Assembly: GCA_003344405.1 (NCBI GenBank) | Contig: NOWV01000016.1 | Coordinates: forward strand, 310,001-374,000 | DNA from: Trichoplax sp. H2 | Taxonomy: Eukaryota | Direction of reading: 5' to 3' | DNA: 64,000 bases | Shown here: positions 29,981 to 45,800 of the stretch, in pieces | How positions within the stretch are numbered: position 1 is the first letter of the stretch | How the letters are laid out: every line of letters begins with the position of its first letter | Position numbers and translations under genes: made by a program | The notes under the pieces: generated by a model | Database searches by the model: none | What the model saw: only the letters and a program-made list of their open reading frames with translations | Told to the model about the DNA's origin: nothing

Positions 29981-32900
29981 ATTACAGTAATTAAAATTTA
30001 GCTATCTGCTTGTTTATCTCTGAGTTATATCTTTCATTGAAATTGTATATTTATAAGAGTACTCCACTGGTAAAATTATCGTATTCAGCAATTTTATTTT
30101 AATGATTATTCTATTTCCATAAAAATATCTAAACTACTTAGTTGAAGTTGCTGATGGCTAACTATTTATGAGCTACTGAATTCAAATGGTAGATAGGCAA
30201 AAGTTATTCTTACTTTTAGTACTAATGATTTAATCAAACACTATACTATTTCTACTATTGTCTTATTGCAATAGAAGTAAATTGGGCTAACTTAATTAAT
30301 TTACGCGTATTTACTGCTTGATGATGTCATGACAGCAGTTTGCATTCACTCCCTCACAAAAACAGTATGAGTAGCCTGCAGAGGTACGATATAATCTCTT
30401 CCATCGTAATATTACATTTGGTTGGTCATATCGTATCTTAAAGACCAGTTATCTATTAATTTTGTATTACTATATGCAAGTACGTTGCAGTAATTGTGCG
30501 ATGGTCTTTTGATTGCTTAAGAAAGTTGAATAAAATAACCGTTGAAATTTTGGTGAAAAAGTAAAATAAGGACGAACTAATGAAATCAATTTGTTGATAC
30601 ACATTAACACAATAATAGATTGGCCGTAGAATAACATTAGTTACTGTATCAGTGCCATTGCTCTGTATTTACTTATCGAAATCGTTAAGAATGTCAACAT
30701 CAGCTGTTTCTATTTAGTAGTAGGTAGTAAACTCCGCAGAACAAGGTTTTGAGTACCTTTGAAAATCTGAATTGAATATTTGGATATTATTTCATGAAAG
30801 GTGAATTACGCATTCTAAATGCATACGGAAATAGTTTTAAAATTGATCAATCTAATGAGTATGGTCTTACTATTCACTAAGATACGCAGTACTAAAATTT
30901 TATTGTTACATGCTCCATTTCAAGTTATACAGAAGTTATTCATATAAATACTAGTAGAGATTGCATATCTAAAGTTGCGAAAGTAAAAAAACAAACTGAG
31001 TTAATAGCATAATAACTACTTTTTTCTCGTCAATAAGAGATCAAGATAAGGTCTAAACGATCATGTAGACGCCATATACCTTATTACAACCAAATACGGA
31101 TACTGTTCATCACAGAACTGGTTGCTGTACTATTACGGTAATACTTAACCTTCCAATAACTTCGTAGCCCTAGTTAATATGATAAAATCCATAATTATAA
31201 TGCTGGTATGATTGTTAATACCTTATCGTAATTACTATTTAAAGTTGGCTGATGTATATTTGGTATTGACTGTTTTTATGCGCAGAAAGAAAAATGATTA
31301 CTAAGTGCTACTCTAGGGTAACTGAATTAGACAACAATTTTGCGTAAACTAAGGCTATGTATGAGAACTTAATTAGAAATAGTCATGAATTGATTAGCCA
31401 TGTTAGGAATATTGTAGTTGAAGAAATGAGGCCTAATAAATGGCTGCAAATAGGCTGAAGTTGTTTAAAAGCAAGATGGCTCTTACATAGTGCAAATAGG
31501 AACAATTTAAATACTACAGTGTCCTCGTTGCAGTTCTATCCTGCTGCTTATAGTCATACAGTATATGTATATTTACACAAAGTAAAATAGCGTTTAAGTG
31601 AGTAGGTTACTTATCAATTTTTATTGCGTTCCTTTTTTACAGAGATTAATTTGCGACATACGTATATATTCTCAGTTTAATATTTAAAATTTGGAATATA
31701 ACCAATCTCCTAAAAAATAGACTTATGTTAAATTATTTAACGTACATAATCGATATTTTATTAACATATGGATAATAAAGGAATAAACTATCTCAAACAA
31801 ACATTAACATTGGCGCGAAATCTGTTAGTATATTTCAAATAATTACGTATAAAGCTTGATCGTATACGATGGAACAAGGTTTTTTGACATATGCAATCCA
31901 TTCCCTGAATGTTGATTAATTATAATACAGTTTTTACGCAGCTGTAGGTATAAAAAACCCAACAGAAAATTTCTACCGCCGCTATTTGGTAAAAATAGTG
32001 TTCAATATTATTTCATGACCACGTGTAGGACGTCACCTATGTTTAATTACATTAATCTATTTTTATCACTAGTCATTACCTCTCTAATTGCCCCTACAAA
32101 TTATTTCTATTTTTGTATTCATTTTGTATTACTACTGTCTATAGGTATTATTTGGCAATTAACGATGGCTGTAAGATAGTAATGCTATCACAGTTTATTA
32201 CTTCTGACTTTTAAATTTTGAAATATGAGTGATAAATATGTCATGAGCATGTTGGAAATCAATTCTACTTAACCGGAAATATGAGATTTAATTTAACGTC
32301 TTTCAATAAAAGTGAATCCTTTAGGATATACGCGTATAAATATTTTCTGTGTGGCAATCAGACAATGAAATGACAGCGAACTTCTAAAGGTGTTTGCGAT
32401 TGCTAATAATACAATTAGGCCAACAAAACTATATCTATTATATTGTAGTAATTCTTTGCGCCATTTCTGTAGATTAGCCGACGATGATTATTCATCACAG
32501 ATGGCAGTTAATTTATCTCATAGTTAAGAATTATCACATTAACTATAATCATAGTAAAAGCTATTTTCTACTAGTCACGTTTTAGCTGCTATCACGCCAA
32601 ATGTTGATCAATCCTTGTTAATTATGTGCCGTTTTATTTTAATTTCTATTGGCCTCGCAGTTTATAAATAAACAGTTTTGTATCGATAACTATTATTATT
32701 TAAAATAGCTTAGTCACCTAATATTGAGCATGTCGCATAATATGGAATACATGTAAGTTTGTATTGGTGGCCTGAACTTATTTGAATAATATTGGTAATT
32801 AAATAATACTCTGCACATTGCTATTATGATATGTATTCATAGGATGCTATTGCTCTAAACTTAAATCAATAGTTTTAACGTATAAGCACTATTACTCTTA

Positions 32901-35900
32901 TAGGGTTTTTATTTTTATATATGAAGGTTTTCGCATTTAAGATGATTCATCTGTTAACACAACTATCGATCAAGATATAAGGATAATCGAATACAGTATG
33001 GAGGTAATAATGCTAAAAATGATAAATGCAAGAGAAATTTAAATACTATAACTGTTATCTATTAATGCAAGTAGATTTAATTTAGATAGAATGCTTTTCA
33101 TTAACGTTATTCTTGATTGCCAAATCATATAATGATTTTGCTTAGAGGTTTACTTTGATACATTAAGGGACTGCTAACTTGCAGTAGATTAAGATATTAT
33201 TTTACTAAATTGCTGATTTAGGACGATATTTAGATATACTAGTAAAAATGATCTACTGTTTTACAGTCAAGCATAAATCCTTGTGTCCTTGATTAACACA
33301 AGAAACAATTCTGTCTCATGTATTTTACTGTACAAAAAAGAGTGATTATTAAGCGTTTACAAAATTGATACGACCAACCGTCATTTTGACTTGATAACAC
33401 GAGAATGGATTTCCAATAAAGTGCAATTTTTATTGTACGACGATTCTTTTTCAATTATATCCACCTTGTTATTATTTAAAGCTATTTAATCGTAAACATA
33501 GCTTGTATCGCCTGTTGATAGCTAGCATTGATTTCGGATCGGTCGTCGTTAAAGCTTGCTTCTGTCGTTGAATGCTACGACTATGAAAGAAATCCGTTTC
33601 TCTTGTAGTGCTATGATCACTTTTTCGAGCTGATATTTTTACTTTAAAACTGAATCATGACTACCACTAGGTGTAATCATGTCTTCTAGCAGGCTTCTTC
33701 CTACACTATATTGAAAAAGCGCAGCCTATATATAATAAAATTTTATCAAGTAGACGACCATGATTTTAGCTAAAAATAACAGTCACATGGATAAATGACG
33801 GGATAGTTTAAGGTTTTATGTGGGCGTTTTTAAATTAGAACGATCTGAACCATGAATGGAAGCATATTTAATACGGTTTTAATAAACTTTTATAATTGAA
33901 ATTAGCCTTTCTATATAAATAGAAGGCATAAGCTGGATAGTAATTGGATAGAACTAGAACGAGATAGTCAAAGAATAACATAGCCAAGCTAATTAGAATA
34001 ACACATGCTATGCATTAGTAGCCTAAACGATTTAGCTTTGGTCAATTCCATCATTTAAATCAAGCTCCTTTAATCTATTCATACGTTATACCTACACTGA
34101 TCAAATTTTAACCACAATTAGAAAGCAGTAACCAAGTGGTGACAATAAATTTAATTTAATTTACAACAAGAGCATAACTTTTAATGCAATAATATTTTTC
34201 GATCTAAAAGGATCTGGTCTTACTACAGATCTAACAACATGGTGATGATACAACACCCCAAAAGCAGCTACTACGCCCACTTGTAACAAATTTATTAGAT
34301 ATAAAAAAGTTTACGTTAACAATTTCTAACTAACTTTTTCAGGCGTAAAATTATCGGGATAATAAATAGATAAAAACACTTAAATTTTAAATAGTTTCTA
34401 ATCAATAATTTTGATCTAAATTATTTCAGTCAAGATTCAATAAGATGCTTCGTTATGCTTTCACAAAAAGAATCAGTATTGATAACTCCTAAAGTTAGAC
34501 ATAACTAGAAAGTTGCACTTTTCCACTGTAGTGCAACGTAATCTGTGAATATGAATATTGCATACTGCTAATCATGCACTAAAGAGATAAATCGTTACCC
34601 TATATTTCAAGATCTTGCCAAGTACGTATTTTAAACATTTATAACCGCTAAGGAATCTGTAAAATTAACCTCTGGTTCTTAAACGACTTCTAGTTTATTT
34701 TAACAACAATACCAATGGAATATTCGAAGGGGTGTCTGTTAAGTTAGCAATAATTTTACCCGATTGCGTATTATTAGGTGGTATAAGTTATAAATTAGCA
34801 ATGAAAAGTAGCAGCTAGTGAATGTAACTACTTTATCTGTCCTTCATGATTTATAGTATATCACCATATCGTGTTTATGAATATCGTAAAGCCAAAATGA
34901 AATAGGCAATTGTCTCTATCAATTCAATTGACCGAATCTTACTTTTCTATACGCTAAAGATTTTATATAACATCTAAAATATCATTCCTAAAATTTATCT
35001 TCGATGATATTGTCCATTAATCAGTTTTAAGACTCCAACAGGCACCAAAGTCAGCATTGCTTTAGTTTTATTTGAGACAGGGCATATTACTTTCTTTGAT
35101 TTTCTTTTACGAATTTACACAGCAATTTATCGAATGGGAAAATGACAATTTATTACTTATTTTTCCGCAGAAATACTCCTCATTTTGTTATATTGCCAAA
35201 GAACTATTGGAATTTCGTTGAGATTCTTATAGATCGTACCAGGTACGATAACTTCACTCATTATTTGCACTCATTCACAATAAAACCTGATTGAACGTAA
35301 AACCTGTGACATTAATATAAGTTTTAATCACTTTTTAGACAAGAGGAAATCTGTAGAGAATTTGTTCCATTTAATACCCGTATCGATCAATGACGTAGGA
35401 TAATATTTATTTTCTACAATGAAATAAACCCTAGTAATATGTTATTAAAGTTTTTCTTAAGTTGACTAAACTAAGTATAGGCTGATTAAGATTTACATTC
35501 TGACCAACATATTGGATGCAAAAATGACATTTAATATCACCTCTGGGTTGTTTACACTAATGTAGTGGTACACTAAATTGGTTTTCAATGCAGTTTTGTG
35601 GAAATTAAATCCGTTTAATGCAGTCTGCAGAGGTGTCCGGAAAAATCTTTAAATTTATCAAGCTACTTCAGCACCGATTATTTTTGAATCTGTTCCCTGC
35701 ACTGGCATAACAACCTATAGGCTCACGATGACGGCATAATTACTTAGGCGTTATTTTAAGTTCGTTTATATTTCAAATATTAGATAAATGAGTAATTAGA
35801 ATTTGCGTCTCAAGTAATGTTCGAACAGTAATTAATTGAAGTGTTTTATTCTACTACTCATGTTTCTTGCCATTAATATCAGCAGATCTGGCTATTTTTA

Positions 35901-36815
35901 CCGTACAATATAGCATAGTAGATGGTGAGAACAGATGATACTAAATTTTCTAGAATTGCATTTTAGCAAATGAGTAAGATAGATATATTTACTTCTAATA
36001 AGCCTAAATCAACATCAAGCGTTAATCATTTAGACTAGTATTATCAAGTGCATAATCTTGATGGTCACATGTGATTTACAATTATTTAAATTAATGCAAA
36101 AATGATGATGAACGATAATTATAATTAATGAAATAATAATGTTTAATTAAATTTTTATTTATCCTGAAATATTGGCAATTTTTCTAGCTATTATAACCGT
36201 CGATAAGAAGTAGTTTTAAAATGACCCTATACCATTTATTTACATACCTTAGTTGATTAAGGTTTTCGAAGAAGATCATACTAATATCTAGTTTACAGAA
36301 TAATGATTACATTATTCATAGGCCCCGGCCCGTCAAGGTTAATATTGAAACAGATCCGTTAAAGCAAATTCCAATTTAAAACAGTTGCTCAAGCTTGAAA
36401 ACCGGCTCAAGCTGATGCTAAGTATAATAAATGATTAATTCATACTATGATGCCTGAGCATATTGTGGGAATGTTGAAAGAGATCTACTCAAATTTTTTT
36501 CCAGTGCATTACGTACAGTATTACTTAAGCTTGAAATGATCATACCATCCTATTTTGAGATTTCATCATTTCTATCGATATTTTATCTAATTCTGGTTTG
36601 CAAACTAATGATTAGTCAAGCAGATGAATAACATGAAATTAAATTGAGCATGTCATTTAAACTTTAACAGTGCTCGTTATTGCCAGCATTTAATACCAGC
36701 GAAACGGCTTAAATTTGGCCTGTCGCTGCGAAACTTTTATTAATGCGCATACATATGTATAACTTAATCACATTTTACTAGAAGTAATCAATTATCATCG
36801 GTTACAGTTTTATAG

Positions 36816-39800
36816 ATGGCCAAATGCAATGCTGTATATTTCATTAAATTTATAAATTGTACTGTACAATTTTATGTTTAGTCTGTCCTTTTCTCTGTCA
36901 CAAATTGTGCTTTAACATTGTTTTATTCGATATCAATTTTATATTATTACTTTAGGATGTAGTTAATGCAATTTATCTAGCCGCTATGGGTGGCCACAGA
37001 GATAAAGTCAACTCAATTATCAAGTCTGGAAAAAGCATCGATACGAGAGATAAAGTAATAAATGATTCTAATTACACTGAACGTGACTAATGACTTATGA
37101 TAATTCCTAAATCTACTCGCCATTTATATAGCAGAAGGCAATCTATATTTTGCTAGGCACTTTATGTGCTAACAGGTACCGGTAGCAAGCATTCGAATAT
37201 CGTTATACCGTATTTCCATAGTATTCATTTTTTGAGAGAAATCAATATCAGAATACTATACTTGGTATTAAATGTGGCTAATGATCACTTTAAGATATTT
37301 AAATGCTACAGTTTTCGTTGTCCGATGGGCGAGGACACTATTCCATACCGCACTATTAGAGATCCTTAGTAAATGCATGAAATCTCATCTCAATAATGAT
37401 TCACTCTATATGATACTTGTGCTAGTTTTATGAGAAGTATACAAAACTATCTGGAAGTTATATCGTTTAATTATTTGAAAGTATCTAAATTTCTGAGATG
37501 TTTGATCTACTCTTGATGGAGTGCATTAACGTTCTTGAAAGTTATTTGTTCTTGTTAAACATCATCTGTTCACTATGTATTGATATCAGTTGATGCTAAT
37601 TATTTCAGATGGAGAATACTTGCCTACATATAGCAGCTAAAACTGGAAACTTGAGTATTATAGAAATGCTATTAAATGCTGGAGCTTCCATTAGTGTTGT
37701 AAATAAGGTATCGTTACAATGACAGAATTGAGAGTCTATCATATCAACTTGCTAGGAAAAAGATAACTGAGTAAGCTATTCAATCTTTTCGATGTTGTGG
37801 ATAATTTAGGATGGAGAATCGCCACTGTTTGTAGCAGTTAATGAAGGTTTCATAAAAATAGCAGCTCAATTAATCGATGCTGGAGCTGATGTTAATGAAG
37901 TAGAATCATGTGTATGCAAGTTAACTAATAAATTCATAAGAAGAAGCTTCAATTATTCATGTCGATATCTTTAGAATTTCACTATGGCATGTCAAGAGTA
38001 AAAAGTTGTAATAAATTCTAGATGTACAATTACATAAAACAGTAATTTCTATTAGTTGTGCTGACCAATATTATTGAAACATCATGTCTTTTAGGAAGGC
38101 TTATCACTACTAATGCTAGCGATACTACGGAGCAATTTAGAATTGGTTGAATTGCTATGCAAAAAGGGGGCGAAGATTAATTATCGGAAAAATGTAAAAA
38201 TTAAGACGATTGAAAATGAAAATTCAACAATAACTATGCTAGCTATTATGGTTTTTAACGCTATTATTTATATTATTCGATTTGTTTTATGGCAGAATGG
38301 AGCAACTCCTTTAATGGCTGCAGTAATAAGTGCAAACTTAGATATTTCACGCTATTTAATCGATCGTGGAGCAGACGCTAATATTGCAGACTACGTAAAC
38401 AATATCAAATTAATGAAACTTTCTCATGATTTCAACAGCATAAATGATACACATTGAAAAATAGCTTATCTAACTAATTTGACCGATTTGTTTAAATTTA
38501 GGATAATGTAACAGGATCACCCATCTTAATCGCTACAGCAAGAAATGATATTGAAATGATACGTTTGTTAATTCCACATGTTAATGATATCAATCATGGC
38601 AATAAGGTGGGAAGTAATGAATTTAGGATTATGTAACAAAATAGTATCTGATAACGTATTCTGTAATTGCTAGATTGGAATAAATGCATTACATCTTGCT
38701 GTTCAACAAGACAACAAGCCAATTATACGATTGCTTATGGAAAATAAAGCTATGGTTGATTGCATGAATGAGGTACTGTAATATTTTTTGATATTACTCC
38801 TATTTTAAAAAATTAAACGATAAAAAAATATGAAATAATAAGCTTAACTCTAAAGCATTTGTTACGATTTAGCATGCATTAGCAGTGTTGTATCTAAATT
38901 TGATCGATAGACTTTTATAAAATTGTTTTATGCAATACTTTGACTAGCAAACGTGATTCTATTAACAGTATATATGTCTATTAACTTGTTGATTATCAAT
39001 TTGCAAACTTTCACATGTGGAATGCATTATGCTAATAAATATGCATATTTGTCGGGAATGCAGTCATAATTTTTATCCATTTACCAAAAACTGCACTAAT
39101 TCTATATTGATAATAATGATAAGTTTTAAGCTTTGCCTATACTATATCATAATTCAGCTGTTCGATGTAATTCGACGGAAATATCTGATAATTACTTAAG
39201 CCAACACGTATTAAGTAGCATAAGAGATAAATTATTAATCGGACAACTGATAACAAAAACATTGTATCTGAATATTATTTCTGCATTCTTTCTATCAAAA
39301 TTGTATCGCTAAATATGGATAATAACTACAGAATTTGCTATTTTAGGATGGAGATACGCCATTAATTTTTGCCGTTCGTGCCCACGATGAGAAAGTAGCT
39401 AAAATGCTCCTAGACTACGGTGCTGATGTTAATAAAAGCAACCGGGTAAGAAAATTATATTAATGTCGGATCTGTGTGTGGTAACAAAAATACTGAGTTT
39501 AAAAATGAAAAGGAAGATAAACCAGTTACTTTGAATTAAGGACATAAGAAATAGAATTATTAATGTTACTGGATTTATTTTGATACGCAAACCTGAATAT
39601 TGTGATTATAGGAAGGAATAAATCCGCTAATAATTGCAATTGATGGTGGCGATCATAAATTGATAAAATTATTGCTGAATACTGGAGCTGATGTTAACAT
39701 TCGTGATAATGTTTGTATCCAATTCTCGTTTTACAAGATTAAAACTTGAATTAGTCCTATTTTTGAAAAAAATTCATCTGTCAAAATGAAACCTCTTCTC

Positions 39801-42800
39801 ATAACATTATAGTAAAGATTGCTTTTTAAATTTTGTTTTTGTTATAGTTCGATCAAACACCGTTATTATTCTGTGCAGCAAAAGGCAATATGTCCATCAC
39901 TAAAACAATTCTAGGGAAAGGCGCAAATATTGATGACGCTGACAAGGTAATTTTTTTAATCCTTGGATTACTTTGTTGCTAATTGGTCATAGCTAACAGA
40001 TCAAGGATTAATTAATACTTCCTTGATCAAAAGTTATAGGTGTGTTACTGACTTTCCCATTAACTAATTGAAGAAATTTTTCCTTATGTTGCTAATACCA
40101 ATATCGTGTTTTTAGTTAGCATCAATAGAGCAACTTATTGAATTGATTTCTTCTCAAATGTAACTGATAGATTTTTAACTACTAGTTTATCCTTGTGAAA
40201 TTTATTGTAACATTGATCTTAGGATGAAAGAACACCATTACATATTGCTATAAATAAAGGACATCTTCAGTTCGTCAAGGCTCTTATTAAGAGAAATGCC
40301 CGTTTGGATGTATCGGATAAGGTAATTTATAAATTTCTCAGTAAATTTAAAATTAAATGCTTTAATCGAAGCCAGAAATAGAATAGAGTTGGTTGACTTT
40401 AATTTTTGAACAATATTCTCTCTCTATCTAACCGGATATAAGTAATTTAACACTAATATTTTTAACATTATTATTTTCCAACCGTTTTAAAATTATATTA
40501 TTAGTCTGGCATGACATTGTTGATGTATGCATGTATTATGGGCTCTACAAAGATTGTTCAGCTACTGCTTCAGAAAGAAATAGAAGTTAATTCAGTTTGC
40601 TTGGTAAGTTGTCACTATTACTATACTTACTACAAGTAAATTTAGAATTATGAGAGTTAGAGATGGTGTTAAAGTTTTAATGAAGTAGATAGATACACGT
40701 AACTGTAAATATTACTTCGAGAAATTAAAGCTCTAATTCTCATACTAGACTGAGCAGAATTAAGTAAATTAACTAATACGATAGTACTTAGAGAAGAGGA
40801 ATCAGCCAATATTTTTATGTACATTTAAATAATTCTTAGTTTAGCTATCTCGAAAAACAAAATAATAAAAATATCAGAATGTAATCGTAAAAAGAATTTT
40901 AAAGTTTGATGAATGATTATATCCATTCAAGTGTTAACTATGGATATTAATAATTATAATTAGAAGGCAGTAAGATTATTTATTCAAATAGTATGAGTAG
41001 AGAGAGATATTAGACTACAAGTTATTTTAGCTGCACATAAAATATAGCTGAGAATTTACTATCTATTGCACATTCAAAGCACTCATAAAGTGAAATACTT
41101 TGCTATTTACTAGGCAGGTGCAAAAATACTTGACAGCATATACACGAGTTAAAATATTCGTTATGGGAATAGCTAAAATTGGAAAAAAAATTGTACGTGA
41201 AATAAATTTCTATTTATTAATTTGTAGAAAGGAAAAACCGCGTTATCTTATGCTGTTCAAGGAAATCATCGGAAAATTGTGAAGATGTTATTAAGAAAAG
41301 GGGCTCGTTGCGATATTGCTGACCAAGTTAGTAAGACTAACTCTTTAGGATAGGTCATAGTATGCATATAATTGAATTAGTCAGTGGTGATATTCTAACG
41401 GATTATGACCTAAAATTTTGATCGAATAACATGAAAACAGGCTAATAAGAAATGTATTTCAAAATTTTTGCTTAATACTAAGGCAGCTACTATCCATTAA
41501 AATTCAAATTTAACTATCTACCGCATTTAGAGAGGTCTCAATTCATTCATGACAGCAGCAGTAATAGGCAACGCGGAAATTTTTAAATTGTTGATACAAG
41601 ATGAATCGATTAACCTCGATTCTGCCAGTAAGGTCGGTTAGATCCTGAAGAACTATCCGATTTGAGGTTAATAAAATGACTTAGTTGTGGTAATAGGAAA
41701 AATTACATCTTGAAATTTTTTATAGGAGGGTCTTACTGCCCTGATGTTAAGTGCTATGAAGGGCCACCTTACTATCGTCGATTTAGTTCTAGCAAAGCAT
41801 GCAAATATTAACGCAATAGATAAGGTCAGTAGAATATCTTAATCGATTTACTTTCCTTATAACATTATAGTCCAAAAATAGAAAACTTAGTTTGATTGAA
41901 CATTATTGCTCAACATCACTAAACTCAATCTCCAATTGGATCTAAATAAGAATGGAAGAACGGCGTTAATACATGCTACCGTCGGCGGCCATAGCGAAGT
42001 AGTTAGAATTCTACTGCAATATGAAGCCGAAGTTTCTATTGCCAACAAAGTAAAATAATGAATTTAAATACAATATACTGAAATGATAGATTTTATGTAG
42101 CAGTAAATTATAATAAAGTTTTAAGCCTAAAATGGCATAGATTTACGAAAGATAATAATACTCCCTGATAGTATGATCTTGAAGTTATTCCGCATAATTT
42201 CAATCATAATTATTTTAGAATGGTATGACAGTTATTATGGATGCTGCATTTTACGGCCATGGAGATATTATTACGTTACTAACTTATGAACGAAGCAAAC
42301 ACTATAACAAACCGGAGGTGAGGAAGTAGAGGAAATCAATTACTTGCTACTATATATCCGCATGATGAAGCTAAAATATCTTCATATGGTTCTGAAATAT
42401 AATGATATTTTTATTATACTGAGTTTACATCCTAGTAATCAAGAGATCCATAGTCACACTCCATAATAAGTGATTAATATTAAATTTTAACCAGTATTAA
42501 ATGACCGAATTTAAAATATTACAGACGGTTATTCGTACAAACTCTTTGAAAGATCCTTATTAAATTAGGAAATTAAATTCGGTTTTCGTTGTTTATAGCC
42601 TTGCCCATATATTGAAGATTTGTATTAGTATTACATATAGCGATCTAATTGTTTCTAGTAATCATTAAAAAAATTTCATATTATCATTTTAATACTTTTA
42701 TTAGACAACAAAACTAAAATATTTTTATTACTGCTACTTCTATATCTGTCAAAAGAATAATAGAAGCTTTCCTTCATCAGTAACTGATTGTTTTTCAGTG

Positions 42801-45800
42801 CTATATTTTCATCGGGCGTAAAAATTGAAACTTTTATTTAACAGTTTACAAGTACTGTGTCTTAATTTGAATAATAATACTCCATCATTATTAATAATTG
42901 TTCATCCCTGTTACCATCTATACTCTTAGGGCATGGAAGAGAAAAAGACTGCTATGTTATGTGCTGCTCAAAATGGCAAAAAAGGAACCATGAAAGTCTT
43001 ATTATTACAAGGCCTTGATATTAACACTACTGACAATGTAAAATAGCCTAATAGAAATGCTAATCCTTACTCTACCTTATACAGTGATTTTCTGATAAGA
43101 TTTTTTCTTACATAATATAGCTTGGAGTAACACCTTTAATGCTTGCAGCTCAGAATGGCCACGAAGCTTTACTTGGCTTTTTAATTACTGAAGGAGCAAA
43201 AATTGATGCTCTTGATAAGGTTTAATTAATAATTTTTAATCTACATCAAACCAAATTACAGCATTAAAGTCAAAAATATCAAAAATATTAATGTAATGTT
43301 TGAGAATTCTTGTTTCGTTCCGTAATAGAGTTTAACGTGTAATCTTTTTATCTTCACTTATATACCTTCTATGTAGGATAACATGACGGCGTTAATGTTT
43401 GCATGTGCCAATAGTCAACTTGCCATTGCTGAATCTTTATTAGTCAATGGAGCGGATAGCAATTGCGTTAGCAATGTAAGTATGACGAAATAACATTGAA
43501 CGCTTATAGGTGGTAATTGATCGAATAGTATTTGCCACAAAATAGCTTTGCAACAAAATAACGTAATGTACGATCAATAAGTCCATTTCTTGATCCATGT
43601 ATCAAGGAAGGATATCTGTACTATCGGGAACACTTTTGCTCTATTAGCAGACTGCACAAAGACCTTAACGCCTCATATTTTACGTTGAACACTAACTTTA
43701 AGAATTAACTAAATTACACGATATGCTGCATTTATATACTCTTCCTCAATAGTTCATGAGTCATAGTTAGTACGATTAACTTTGAAATCATTCACTGAAT
43801 AAGACATTAATTTTAGTTACTGCTCCGTAATGCAGAAAACAGTATTTACGATCATAGACATCTGATGACTAATACAGAATAATCAGATTACGATATATCC
43901 TATCACGAGACATTTCCATGATAATTTACAATTTGCCATAAGTAAGTTACAATGACAATGATTTGAACTGTAAGCAGATAATTCGCATTCCCTAATATAA
44001 CTATTAATTTCAGTATATATTATATATATCACTGTCATATAAAGCCAGTGCTAAGTTAAAACACAGCATATCCAGATTAGAAGTTAACTAAATAAGGATA
44101 GGCTAACAAAATTATCCTAACATAGATATTTCTACTCTAATACAGTATATAACACTGTCACAGCATTACGGCTATTGGAATTTGTGTGTTATATCTCAAT
44201 TCTTTTTATTTTATTTGTTGTCTTATAGACTGGTCAAAGTTCGCTAATTTTGGCTGCAATTGAAGGCAATGCTGAAGTTATCAAATTGCTGTTGGAATAC
44301 GGAGCGGATGTTAATAGGGTAGATGATGTAAGTAGAGTTAGCTATGATTTTGTGTAGATCTTCAATAGTGAAAAATAGTTATTAAATCATATATACTGAT
44401 ACCAATTTAAAAAGTAATATAAGAATGTAATCATGCTATGGGAGTAAATATATGCTATTTATATGTATCATCTAATTAATTAAAGATTTTAATCCTAAAA
44501 TCGAAACTGAGAAAATATTGACATAATTGAGATTATCAGCAGTTTGTGAACTAGGGAATTCCATCGAAATTGACTCATCTGAATATATCTTTCATTTTTC
44601 ATTTTGTACATATTAATAGTTGAAAAGAACAGCATTAATGCACGCTATATTAAACGATTGCTTTAATGCAGCAAGAATGCTACTAGAGAACGGAGCTTTA
44701 ATTGATGCCATTGATCAGGTAATCATATAATTATATCGACACCAACAGACGGTTTACAGTTATGTTAGACGGCAGTCTATTCATGGATTGTTCCAATATC
44801 ACGTTTGATATTTTTCTAGGACAGTCTATCTTTGTAAAAATGGCTAGTATAGATCGGTCAGTTTCATTCTGCGAGAGAATTGAAATTTATTAGTATTCAT
44901 TTTTCATCCCGTCAACTTGTATTATAAAGCTCAGTCACAAATTAACTCTGCGACAAGGGAGCTTGAAGTTAAAGTCTATAAGTTATCTACCTACTTAAAC
45001 GCCTTCTACTAAACGTAAAGTAGAAATAGTAAAGTAACGCAAAGATAGGACTTTTATTGGTACAGACACACTCACAGCATTTTCCTACTGGAACTGTTTC
45101 CATTTTTATAGGAGCAATGTAACTTTTAAATGACTATTATCTCATCATTATTATCGTACCTTATTAGGGAAGGCATCTGGAAGTGAAACGTTACTAACAT
45201 AGTTTTTCTATTAAACATTTTTAACATATTTACTGATATATAATCTTAATCTAAGCATGATCGCTGTCTAGTTCAACCATTGAAAACTAAGATTTGAGTT
45301 ATTTCACTACTACCTACACAGATATACAACAGCCTACTGCAAGTAATGCTCACATTAAGACATTACTTATCTTACCTAGCACTACAATTCTGGATTTTTA
45401 CCATATTAGCTACTACAGTATAATTGACCTATGCTGACGGTTAGGTAACAGCATAGCAAGCGGTAATAAAAAAAACGATTTACTCGCGCTTCAAATGATA
45501 AGTTAAGAAGATTAGTGCTGCTAAAAATACCCAATTTACTTTAATATTTCACGAAAATAGTGTAATATGTACATTTGGCTAATCATGTAATGAAAATTGT
45601 TCTATACATGCTTTAAGGTGGTAAGAATTAGTCAATTTTACTTGATGAGGAATGATAAGAAGTTAAATCTAGTGACGTCTAACCGAGTATAGTACATGTA
45701 GCAGTTCACATAGATTACTGAGAATCACAGAACAATAAATTTATAAGCTGTTATAGCGCTTTGATAGAATGATTTGACGACAAATGTAACATTATTAAAA

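Noticed and set aside
39956..40010. 10-bp inverted repeat TTAATCCTTG/CAAGGATTAA in an ankyrin intron
   Set aside because: Short and AT-rich; could be chance.
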